Source: Klebsormidium nitens
Lineage: Eukaryota; Plantae; Klebsormidiophyceae
Length of the DNA stretch: 64,000 nt
Reading direction: 5' to 3'
Assembly (NCBI GenBank): GCA_000708835.1
Contig: DF236966.1
Span: forward strand, 124,001-188,000
Shown here: in pieces, positions 1 to 10,991 of the stretch
Numbering within the stretch: the first letter of the stretch is position 1
Layout: each line of letters opens with the position of its first letter
Position numbers and translations under genes: made by a program
Notes under the pieces: generated by a model
Seen by the model: only the letters and a program-made list of their open reading frames with translations
The model's database searches: none
Told to the model about the DNA's origin: nothing

Positions 1-463
1 CTCTCGTTGACAGGCGCATGATGGTAGAGGTTGTGGTTGTGGGGATCACGAGGGTGTGTCACCTGTTGTTTGGCCCCTCTGTTGATCCCGTGAGAAATTC
101 CCGTTTCTGGCGACTAAACTTCTCATGGGCCTCCAAGCTGAGCAGCGTATGAAGGGGAGCAAACCGTAGACCATAAACACGTTCCTCTCAAGTATCATGT
201 GAGCTTTTAGTTTGAGAAAGCCTTGTTTCTTTAAGACTCATTGCCACGTCCTTATCCTTGTCGCGTCGATTTCAATGAAGTTTTCCTTCCGAATCCACAA
301 AGATGGCATTTTGGCCTCTTGATCACAGAATTCGTTGTATCAGACTTTAGCACCCCAACCTCGCCAAGCTTCCATGTCAAGTCCAAGAGAAGCTTCTCTC
401 AAGGGGGGGTAGTCTGTTGATCATAGAAGACCACCAAACAGAAACCTCGTCCACTCCCTACAG

Positions 464-3400
464 GCGCGAGTGGCCAAGCATCCCCTTCCCCCCGGCCCAG
501 CCAACACCCCCAGCATGGCGACATCTCTTCTTCGACCGATGGAAAGCTTGCCGCCAATTCCGCTTCCAAGATCCTTCCGTGTCAAAGTGGGCCTGCGAGG
601 GGTTCTCTCCAGTCTGGCAGATTGCTATTAATTTTGACCAGAGCATAACTTGTCTAACCTGTGCGGAGCTGAGCACTTGGACATTTTCGGACAAAGAGGC
701 CCCCGTCCGAAATGTGTCCAAGCACAAGCGAGCCTGCAAGACCGGGGAAAAGGCTCTGATGGTCCCAATAGAACTTCCCATGTTAGATCTCCGGGGGTGC
801 CCTGCTGTCTCCGTAGACAGTGGCTTCCACCCTGTAATGCTGACCTCAGTAAGCCTTTCTGCCGGAGCGGAAGAAGCAGGACGCCTAAACTCGCCAATTA
901 CCCCAACTCCATTCGAGGTTGGTAGAACAAAAAAAGGCGAACGAACACCAAGCTCTGAGGCGCTAGCACCAAAAGAGCACTTTTTCCTGGTGGCGGAAGA
1001 TAAGGTCCGTCTGTACAGCAGCCTTAGGGGGTGCTGCCGCACGCTCTCGACCACCCCCCCAGAACGGGTTCTGGCTCTGACCGACAGGGTTTTGGACTTG
1101 CCCGCTGGAGCACCTGAGGCAGTGATTGCAACTGGGGGGGAGGATAAGGTGGTGCGACTGTGGACGCTTGGGAGCCGCAGGAAAGGGGAGCAGCGACTGG
1201 TTTGCACTTTGCGGGGGCACGAGGATGCGATTGTCTTTCTTAGTGTGGCAAGGTGAGAAGTTGCCCTGTTCCAAGGGGGACGATCTCTTGGGTGGTGAGA
1301 TCTGTTTTGATGTCTGACTGGTGGTAGTGCCGTACTTGCTTCGGTAAGTGATGGCAAGTCGCTTGTGCAACATCTGCGTTCCATCACATTTGGGTGTTCC
1401 TTTCCCTCTTTCTCTTGTTTTCTTCTCTTCTGAGCTTTTGTTAGTGCCTTTGGATTTCCTAGCAGCACCCTCGACAGCTTTTTCTCTACTCCGTTTGCTG
1501 TCCACTGCGTTTCAGTCCGCCAATCTGACATAATCGGTCGGCATCTACCTTAGTATGCTTTCTTTTCTTTTCTTTTTTGCCAATTTTCGGCTTTTATACT
1601 TACTGAATTTCTGCACAGGCACGACCCGTCCCTGCTCGTCAGTGTGGGCAGTGCGGGCACCGTCAAGCTGTGGGACGCTGCGTCCGCCCTCGAGCTGCGG
1701 GGAGCGACTGCAGGCGCTTCCAAGAGCTGTCTTGCCACGTGGAAGGTTCTCGGGCCGACAGCTGGCCTGGCGATGTGCGGCCACGTGTGCTACGTCGCTG
1801 GGAAGACGGCTGTGACGGCCATCGATCTAAGAAGGTACGCCTATCTGCGCATTCTGCATTTCTCTCAAACACAGGTACGGGATAGAGTGGCAAAAACTTT
1901 GTTGAAAGGCCCGGTTGAGGCACTGGGTATAATCAAAGGCCTCCGTTTGGCAGCCAAAACTTTTCTGAAGGCGAGGTGATTCTTGAAGTAAAGCCGACAG
2001 CACAAGTGTCCTCTACTTGTTGGGCGGCTGTCGTTTTTTTTCGAGTACCCAGGTGTTGTCTCACGGTTGGATTTGCTTCTCTGTACCGTTCTGCTCTTAC
2101 CGTTACAGCTCACTGGGCAAGAAAAAACCAGAATGTGCTTCGATTGCAATAAGGTCATCGTCAATGTTTGGATGTCGCGTCAAATACCGTTGCGCTCTCC
2201 TCACTGATTCCGTCAAACAGCACGGATTTATTTTTACAGAGTGGCAATGTTATGCTTGAATTGATGCAAAGGCAAACAGCAGTTGATATCACACTAGACG
2301 CAAACATTAGTGCCTTCTCATAGCACGTGGCCCCCAACAAGTGTCCACAATCCGCCTCATGTCTACTTTCGTACCACACTTCCCAGCTTTGTTAGGCAAA
2401 ACACCGTTGATTCAACTTAAAGGCCGTACCACACTTCGTAGCGTTGATTAGGGAAAACACCTTTGATTCAACCCAAAGGCCGAACCAACCAGACATTGAC
2501 ACGTTAGCCTCTTTCGTCGCAGCCTGCGCGTTTTGGGTCCGGTCGCTTCCCATGCCGACCGCATCTCGGCTATGGCGCTGAACGCCGCAGGGGACAGGCT
2601 ATCTACGGGGACGACTAGCGGGTGAGCCTATTCACACCTTACATTCTGGCCTGCTTTGAAAATTTGTCTCCTCAAAATGCTGGATACCCTTTTGTATAAT
2701 AGATTCAAAAAGAAGAAGAATAGACGACAAACATACGCACAGCTTCAAAGCTTGAGCCAGAGACAAAACGTCCTCCTGCTCTTGAGCTTTTTCATTTGTT
2801 CCTAGAAACCTGGTTAATCTTTTCTTCGAGGACTTCCTGACCCTTTTTGGAGTGCCTCATCGCGGTGCCAAGAGACAACGTCTAGACAACGTCTAGTGGA
2901 AAGATGAAATGGTCTGCCTTTGTAGAAGATGAGCGCCCCGCCTTGGAATCATGGAGCCTCATCTTACTGGTCATGTTCACGGGTTGGAAACCGGGCCTTG
3001 CCAGCGCTCGCAGTTTTCCTTGATGACTGACCCAGATGCCCTCGTTACGTTGCGTCACCTTTTGGCTGTTTTCAGTCTGGTGCTTACGGCGGGTATACTT
3101 CCGCCCTAACCTGACGCATCGTCCAACACTCCAACAAGCTCAAGCTCTGGCGTCGCAAGGACGTAATCAGCACAGGTCCTTTTCTTGCAAACAATCAGTT
3201 TCTCAACTACGAAGCGCGCGTTCATTTCTCTATACCTTGTACAAACTTTGCCGACTTTGGCGCTTCCTTTCGCAGGTCCGTCTTCCTTTGGGATCCCACG
3301 CTATCCGATTTCCTGGCGCCCAAGCCCCTCGCGGAACTGACGTCACATTCGGGGCCCGTTGCGCAGATCCTCATCGATCGCTTCAAGGTGTGTCGCCGCG

Positions 3401-4387
3401 TCTGAGCTTCTGTCGTACTGCTCTAAAACTCGGGCGACATCTTGCTGCTCATTTCGCTGGCTGCGTCCGGTCCGTGAAGCTTCAAATCTGCCCAATCTGT
3501 CAGCATCTGTTCGCACCTGCGCGCGTCTCTTCACGTATGTCTGCCTTCAATCTCCATCTGCTTGTGACCCTCATCCCCTCGCCTTCGGACCAGTCCGCTT
3601 CACGGACCGAGAGCATTTCTTACGTCCATACGAATGCTGGGTATTGTAACGGACGGTTGTTCAGCTGGCCACTATTTGCCGCTCCCAGACGGATTCCGGA
3701 ATGAGTCAGCTATTTGGGAGCCTTTGTACCGATTCTGATCCCCCTAAAGAAAGCATCTGTGCGTCCCGTTTGCAGGTGGTCACGCGGACGGACTTTGAAA
3801 GCAGAGTCCACGTGTCAGCCGCCGACACGGGTGAGTCTGTATTCGACATCTTCGATTCTAGCCCGTCTCAGGGCAAGTCCTAGGATCCCTCGATCGAAAC
3901 CTATGCATTCGTCGCTCCAAGCTTGGTTCAGCTAGTTGCGGCGTTCCTTCAAGTTCACTCTTGCGTTATTCCGACCGGCAATCCAACTTGTGCCCACCGC
4001 CTGACCTGACATCGTGCTGTCGTCACCCTCCGAGGATTTAACAAGCGGTTGCTGTGGTCGACAGACAACCGTGAACCTCGTGTTCGATGCTTTTTACTTC
4101 TTAAAACAGATTCTCGCCACTTTGCAGGGGTTCCAATCTGCTCCTTCCCTCCGGAAGGCGACAACTCTCTGCAACTAGAGTGGCGGGCCGACAAGCTGCT
4201 GATGACGATGCGGGGGCCGCTTTTGGTGCTGGGCAAGCTTCATATCGTATCTGCTGATTTCAGCAGGTCTAGGATAGCTTATGAATGTGACGAGAAAAAG
4301 GAGGAAGAGCAGGGCAGCGGTGACGACCTGGGCCGATTCTGGGAGCGACACAGTGACGACGTAGAAGATGATTCCGACGCGGATTGA
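464..4387 (+). CDS. WD40-repeat protein, probably F-box/WD40; 5' part lies upstream of the window
   Basis: Exons join in frame through GT-AG introns: 464-1252, 1619-1834, 2523-2621, 3276-3387, 3776-3830, 4128-4387. WD40 motifs: ATGGEDKVVRLW, LRGHEDAIVFL, SVGSAGTVKLWD, SHADRISAM, GSVFLWD, SHSGPVAQI. The N-terminal REWP...WRHLFFDRW resembles sequence that follows an F-box (inference). Confidence 0.8.
2371..2481. repeat. Two tandem ~55-bp intronic copies
   Basis: The unit gtaccacacttc...ttagg.aaaacacc.ttgattcaac..aaaggcc occurs at 2371-2425 and 2426-2481, just upstream of the 2523 acceptor. Confidence 0.85.
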
Positions 4388-5117
4388 CTAGTCAAAGATT
4401 GCTTTACAAATGCAGCGGCATGAAGCAAGCGAAGGGGATAATCGGAGACAGGTGCAGCAAAGTAGACTACATGTTTCCTGTACGTTAGTAGATGCGGATC
4501 ATCAGAGATATACTACATACCAGGATAGCATGGAATCCGTCGCAACCATCCTGGATCATATGGTATTGGACTCATTGCCGGCACGCGGACTCATTTGCCG
4601 GCGTCACGATGAAAGGAAAGCGCATGGACCGCAAGTGTCAAGGCTGGCTGATTGGGTTCGTTGCTCATGCAACGGGTCATATATTTACGAGTCTATAGCT
4701 GTACCTTTGGCCCAAAAAGTCGGTCAGCCTTTGCGCGTGTTATACTTCTCCGGCATGCCCACATGTGCAAATTCATAAGGTAGTACATCTCTACCTTATA
4801 TATATGAATTTAGGCAACAGAATTGGTGACGCGTGCATTTGAGCTGCGCTAGCTCTCGCGCCATGAACACGTTGATTGGTAAATTTGTGCTGGTACGTAC
4901 ATGTGCAGCACGTGACATGATTGATTCGCGGACTCAGCCAAGAGCAATCGCTCGACCACATGGCAAATCACAGCCACTGCTGTCCCGTGTCCACCGTAAT
5001 ACAAGGCTTGTGAATGGCTGCTGTCGGAAGCGAGAGGTGGGTATTAACTCAGCTCAGACGAAACACCGACTTCTTTCGTCAAGGAGGTGCGCACAAAAAG
5101 TTAGCTCACTTCGTCGG

Positions 5118-8100
5118 CTACAGCTCCTCATTCATTAGATCGTCGAGACTGAACTCCTCTTCCTCTTCTAGCTTCCCGTCTTTCCCATCCCACGGCTGCA
5201 CCGTCTTTACTGAGGGAACCGCCGAGATTGTCGTGACCCCAGTTGACGGATTCTGCAAAGAGACAAAAGCGCCGAAGTGTTTCATGTCGAGAAACGAAGA
5301 GGGTATCAAAGTAGTCGAAGAGATAGATTGCCAAGATCACTCTCAAGCAATCTGGCTTTCTCGAGCGAGACGAGGCTGCCAATCTGAGCGGCAATCCCAA
5401 GCCTCACATCTGCGACACTGGATGCCCACTGAAACCTGACAACAACATCGTCGAAGCGGAAACTACGACAGGAGAAACGGATTCGGCGCAGAATACCAAC
5501 ATCACGCAGACGCCTGACATCCTCTGCAGGATCTAGATCTCCAGCACTTGATGCCACAGACGCGCTGATCGACTGGTCCTTCTCATAGCGACACCAAGAC
5601 CGCATAGACACAAAGAGCACGAAACGACTAGCGTCTTCCGACAAATCACTCAATCTGCACAACTCACCGCCACAAACGCGCTGATTGACTGGTCCCGCTC
5701 ATAATCGAACCGAAATCGCATAAAGGCTGACAGAATGCAAACGCCTAACATTCTCCAAAGGTTCCCAACGAGAGTCGCACACTTCACCGCCATGAACGCG
5801 CTTGATCGACCGGTCCACTCATTGGCGAACCAAGACCGCGCAGACGTTGACAGAACGCAAACGCCTTACCTCCTCCAAACATTCGCAACGATTTTCGCAA
5901 AACTCACTGCCACGAGCGCGCTGATCGACTGGTTCACTCGTCCTCGAAGCGAGACCGCATAGGCGCTGAGAGCACGCAACAGCCAAATATCCTTCCCAAC
6001 AAGAACCGCAACTCACCGCCTTGAACGCGCTGGTCGACTGGTCCGCTCATAGTCCAACTGAGATCGCATAAACGCTGACAGTGCGCAAACGCTTAAAATT
6101 CTCCACAGCTTTTCAACAAAATCTGCATCACTCACCGCCACGAACGTGCTGATCGACTGGTCCGCTCATAGAAACCAAGACCGCATAGACGCTGACAGCA
6201 CGCAAAGGCCTAACATCCTCCACAAATTTCCAACAAGTTCGCAAAGCTCACCGCCACAAACGTGCTGATCGACTGGTCCGCGAACGCGCCCCGCAGCGAC
6301 GAGTACACCCCCTTCTTCGCGTTGAGCCCAACCATTGCCGGGTATCCGTACCCCCCCACCCCGACCGCTTCTTCCAACTCGGGCTGCGCCCCGGCCTCAG
6401 CCCACACGTACCCATACGGCCGCCGCTTATGCTTCTCCGCCGTCGCTTTGAGCGTGGTGATGTAGGCGTTGCGCCCGGCGGCGCCCGAGTCCAGGATGTG
6501 CGGGAGGAAGGAGAGGAAGCAGATCTGGGCGTTGCCGCATGCCTTGTCATAGGCCGCCTGGAAACGATGAAGATAGGCTCGTTTTGTGTATTATGTTGGT
6601 GTACAATTCAGGGAGGGTATTGGTAATTGCGCATGGCAGCGCCCCAGTCAAGGATGAGCGGAAGGAAGGAGAGGAAGCAGATTTGCGCAGTGCCGCACGC
6701 CTTGTCATAGGCCGCCTGCAAACGTGGAGGATAGGTTGTTTACCAGAGATATTGGTGTTCGCTGAAGGAGGAAAGTGGTGATTGCGCTAGGATGAGCGGA
6801 AAAGAGGAGACGAAGCAGACTTGTGCGTAGCCGCACGCCTTGTCGTAGGCCGCCTGCAAACGTAATAGATAAGTTCTTTTCGGAGAAATAGTTTGGTGTC
6901 AGCTTAGGGAGGGTAGTGGTGATTGCGAGCAGTAGCACCCCAGTCCAGGATATGCTGCAGAAAGGGGAGGTAGCAGATTGCGCGTTGCCGCACCCCATAG
7001 ATTCTTTTTTGTGAGACGTGTTGGTATCAGTTCAGAGAAGCAAGTGGTGGTTGCGCACGACAGCGTCCGAGTCCAGGATGTGCGGAAAGAAGGAGAGGAA
7101 GCAGATCTGGGCAGCACCGCATGCCTTCTCGTAGGCAGCCTGAGAATGGGCTGCATTGGGCTAAGAACTTCGTGCCATGAACCTTTCTTCAGTGCGTATG
7201 GAGGCAGCAGTATAACAGAGCTACGAGGGCGCTGCTTGAGTGTGCCGAAAGCATAGCGGACTTTGCAGCAGCGGACTCGAGCCTGCGTCGTCCCTTGTAT
7301 GACCACCTTCTTTGTACCAGAAGCAACAACGGTCCGAAGAAAGCAGTGTAGGCGCCGACTAAAGGGCTATTCAGATCCGGTTTGAGGTACCCATTGTAAA
7401 CCAACTGAACCAACGCGTGTAAGAGGAAGGAAGAAGAAACGCATATGCAATTTCGTGAGTGGAGCTTGGCAAAACGTACTGAAAGGCTGGAAGAGCTTTG
7501 CGGAGATGGACGAATCGAGCTGTGTCAGCCCTCCTGCACGATCGAGACTTTGTGCGGGCCTGATCGTCTTGGATTCAGAAATGGTGCTCCGCGGAAAGAT
7601 TAAGATCGAAACAGTCGTATTGATCGTCCCTCAATCATGCTTCGAGCCGCACATCATGCATTCAAATTATGCGAAGTCGCATCGCTCCTACCGGACATAT
7701 CCAACGACGAAAGCAACACACACGGTTGTTTCCTCAACCAGCACCCTTTTTACTCAATTTCTCAACCTCGCTTTGTCAAGAAAGTGGTTCCGCACTGACC
7801 TGGCTCGTCATCTCCACCACTTCCGGGGCCACTGCCGACGTCTCCAGCAACCGCAGCGCATAGTCCTCAATTGCAGACGCCGTCCGGCCCTGCTCGTACG
7901 GTTGCGGGCTCTGCTTGTCCGCACCGAAAACTAGGATGGTGGGGAAACCCTTGACATCGTACTTGGATGCCAAGCTCGTCTCCACAGTGCAATCCACGGC
8001 CCCAAGCTTCACCTTGCCCTTCAGATTGCCGGCCGCCTTCTTCCACTCAGGGGCCAGAGCTTTGCAGTGGCCGCACCTGCAAGAAGCGAATTGGACTGAA

Positions 8101-10029
8101 ATTTATGGAAGTTCAACTTAAATAGCTTCCCCAAGTGTCACGTTGAAAATGGAGATACGCCCGTCAGGTTGAAACTGATGAGCGTTGCTACAGGAGCCGC
8201 CCTTTTGTTCCGCCCTTTTGTTATCAATCTCAGGGAAGGCAGCGTACAGCCTGGAGATGTTTTCGACCAACCTTCGCCTTTTATGGAGAGGTCGACTTGC
8301 TGAGATTACCTCAACACATTCTCCACCCTGCTTCAGATTGATCGCGCAAAGTCAATCGCCCCCTTTCAGGCTCTGAAGTCATTGGACCCCTTTGTTCTCA
8401 GGGCCATTCCACCAACATGACGACTTGCTTCTCATCACAGCCCCCCTAAGACTTAGCAGGAAGTTCCTGCTACGCATTGGGGCAAAGAGGGCAAACTGCA
8501 GACTCTGAAAACGATGAAGTTCAAGGATTAATAGATCCTCGAACAGCAGGGAATAAGGACAGGAGTTGGGGATTGCACAACCTTGCTTAGTGAGTCGGCG
8601 TTTGAGGACTCACCAGGGGGCAAAGAACTCGACCATCCAGAGATCCCCGCTCTGCAGCACCTCCTTCTCAAAGTTGCTGTCCGTCAGAGTGACCACTGCC
8701 GACTCCTTGCTCTCCTTTCCGCCGCCGCTGCTACTGCCGCCGCTGCTGCTCTTCTTGCCACTCAGGCGCGATGACACCAGACTCTTTGCCTGGCAAAGCG
8801 GTACGAGGAGTAGATTACGCTGTGTGACCGTGCAGAGCGAGAGTATGGGGCCAACAAGTGAGGAGGATACATTCACGACACTCAAAAGGGAGCACAGATG
8901 AACATCTAGAAGAACCATGGGGCTGTCAACTGCTTCAGCATTCCAGAGTATGCTAGGAGCCTCCTTATGTTGGGTGGTCGACCCTGGCTGCCCATCGAAA
9001 GGTACAAGGATGATGAAGCACCTAAGGGACATGAAGCACCATCATGTTTTCCAAAGTCAGAGCCTGGAAACAAGCATCCCTCAATCAGCCCATGCTGAGG
9101 ATGTATTTTTCTAGGGTTTCAGTCCAGAAAGGAGGTGCATAAAATCTCACCTGCTGTAGCACCCAGTCAACCATGGGCTTTGCCTCCCTTGCGCCTTGAT
9201 AGTCAACTGGTTTCTTTTGGCCAGGGATAAAGGCCTTGATTGTGGGGAAGCCCTGAACCCCATACTCGGCCCCCAAAGACTTGTGAGCATCAGCGTCAAC
9301 AGCCGCAACCACTGCGACGCCCTTCAGTGCGGTGGCGGCCTTGTCGTACTGAGGCTGCAGGCTCTTGCAGTGGCCGCACCTGTGAAGGATGGCGTATGAT
9401 CATCAAACAAGAGAAGATATGCAGACATCAATGCTAACCTGGAAACAGAGACTTTCCACAACAACAGTTTATATACGATGCTGAAGATGGAAGCTCGAAA
9501 GAAAAGCTACCACCGAGTGCTACAGAGATTGAAGTTTACCATGCTGCTAATAAAGCTTGACAACCCTAGCATTTCTCGCCTTTGTTGAAATATAAGGTGG
9601 ATTAGAGAAGCTCTGCACGTTGCATAGTAGTGCAATTGTCCCGCCAAATGCATACGTTGCCCTTTGATTTTCCGAAATGTAGACAATCAAGGGCTGACCA
9701 GCAAGGACATACATCAGAAACATCTCTAGATGCAACCTGATTACTGCAGCTACAGCAGAAGTTTTGGCACAGAGAGAGGATGTCCTCTATCCAATTCAAA
9801 GTCATCTGTTCACATCCTAAGAAACTCCTTCACTTCTGGGATATTGTGGGTGCACTTACCATGGAGCAAAGAACTCCACAAGCACGACTGAGTCAGACTT
9901 GAGCACCTTGCTCTTGAAGTTTTCTGGTGTCAGGGTCAAAACATCAGACGATGGCGCGTACAAACCAAGGACGGGATGCAGTGAACAAAGCAATGCAAGC
10001 GCAACCACTCCCACAGCGGAGCGCGCCAT
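5118..10029 (-). CDS. PDIA6: Protein disulfide isomerase, P5/PDIA6 (plant PDIL2-2/2-3) type, a-a'-b architecture
   Basis: Exons 10029-9860, 9379-9151, 8789-8614, 8076-7800, 6557-6252, 5252-5118. Signal peptide MARSAVGVVALALLCSLHPVLG. Two APW|CGHC thioredoxin sites, each split by an intron. b domain ICFLSFLPHILDSGAAGRN...GVGGYGYPAMV. C-terminus PWDGKDG...EFSLDDLMNEEL*. Confidence 0.95.
5500..6251 (-). repeat. Tandem array of 6 degenerate copies of the 3' end of PDI exon 5 plus its donor (period 109-120 bp)
   Basis: The anchor ctcaccgcc (minus strand GGCG|GTGAG) is at 6247 (real donor), with echoes at 6131, 6012, 5903, ~5783, 5663 and ~5547. Each is followed on + by a.acg.gctgatcgactggtcc. Confidence 0.95.
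6625..7150 (-). repeat. Tandem array of 4 degenerate copies of the acceptor plus first ~90 nt of PDI exon 5 (period ~140-160 bp)
   Basis: Exon-start equivalents are at 6715, 6853, ~6992 (truncated, acceptor lost) and 7139, versus the real start at 6557. All share ggaagcagat.tg.gc..tgccgca.gccttgtc.taggccgcctg on +. Confidence 0.95.
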
Positions 10030-10641
10030 GGCGTTGTCAACAATAAGATGCAGTGACACCGTGCACCACCAAAATGGAAGGGAATTGAGTCACGAACTAC
10101 CCAATTATGACAATCGTGCCCTCACACCCGTTCTAGGTAGGGATTAACAGCTTGCATTGGCATTGGGCAAAATGGGTCTTCCTCCTCAAAAATGGAAGGG
10201 CTCCCCAGGCGGGACACGCATCGGAACAATCTGCACCGTCCGATAAGGGTGGGGCTGAAAGATGTACGGTCGAACTGGCCTTACTTTCAGCTTAACTGGT
10301 CGCTGATTGGCCTGCTCGACGTGGCAGTGATGTCCGCAGATACGTGCCCATTGCTGCATTATGCAGCAACTCAAAACCGTGGAAGGGTTTTGAGTTGCCA
10401 ATGCTATGAAGTTTCAAACCCTAAAAGTTGCTGCATTCGCAAACCTGCCTTGGAAGTTTGAGGTCGCATGCAGAGCTCTAGCTAAATAGCTACCTAGAGC
10501 GCGCTTTAGGGCGTCTTCCCCTTCCCTTCTGGTTTGCGAGAGCAGAGAGAGCAGACAAGCCACGAAAGGGAGCTGAAAAAGCCATTTGAAGGATGTCCAA
10601 TGTGGTCGCTTGAAAAACAGAACTGTTGAAGCAGAAGTGCA

Positions 10642-10803
10642 ATGCTGTCATTCTCGTCTTTGCAAGCCGGCTACCGAGCGCTCCTAGCTGCAGGGCTAAC
10701 GCTGTCACTTGCTGGGGGAATCTGGCTGGGGTCAACTTTCGTACATAACGGGAGACAGCAGACCTCCAGCACAAATCCTGAAAGTCCAGCTGCGAAAAAA
10801 TGA
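10642..10803 (+). CDS. Candidate 53-aa small ORF/uORF with one hydrophobic helix
   Basis: ATG 10642 to TGA 10801-10803: MLSFSSLQAGYRALLAAGLTLSLAGGIWLGSTFVHNGRQQTSSTNPESPAAKK. It is below the ORF-track cutoff. No homology recognised. Confidence 0.3.
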   Translation: MLSFSSLQAGYRALLAAGLTLSLAGGIWLGSTFVHNGRQQTSSTNPESPAAKK

Positions 10804-10991
10804 AGGCTTGATCTGCATATCTCTCATCGCCGCTTTGCGCAAGGCTGGCAGTTGTTGGATTTGCATACCACTCACAGAAGCATCAACATTTCTGCAGCAT
10901 CAGCGGCACAGGGGGATGATCCTCAGTTGCTAAACAAGAGACTGAAAAAAGTGAAGTTGATTAGTTGACTTACTTGGTGGATTTATATAAT

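Noticed and set aside
458-1531. 357-aa minus-strand ORF over the WD40 exon
   Set aside because: Antisense shadow extending into intron sequence; no motifs.
2873-2896. 11-bp tandem duplication agacaacgtct x2
   Set aside because: Trivial intronic micro-duplication.
3170-3560. Very short matches (caggtcc, gcttcaa) to WD40 exon edges about 100 bp away
   Set aside because: Only 7-nt matches; not distinguishable from chance, so not counted as echoes.
5118-5130. PDI ends in EEL rather than KDEL/HDEL
   Set aside because: xEL variants are known functional ER-retrieval signals; not unusual.
5500-7150. Possible CRISPR-like repeat-spacer array
   Set aside because: Eukaryotic intronic context, whole units are homologous (no unique spacers), and the repeats derive from the adjacent exon.
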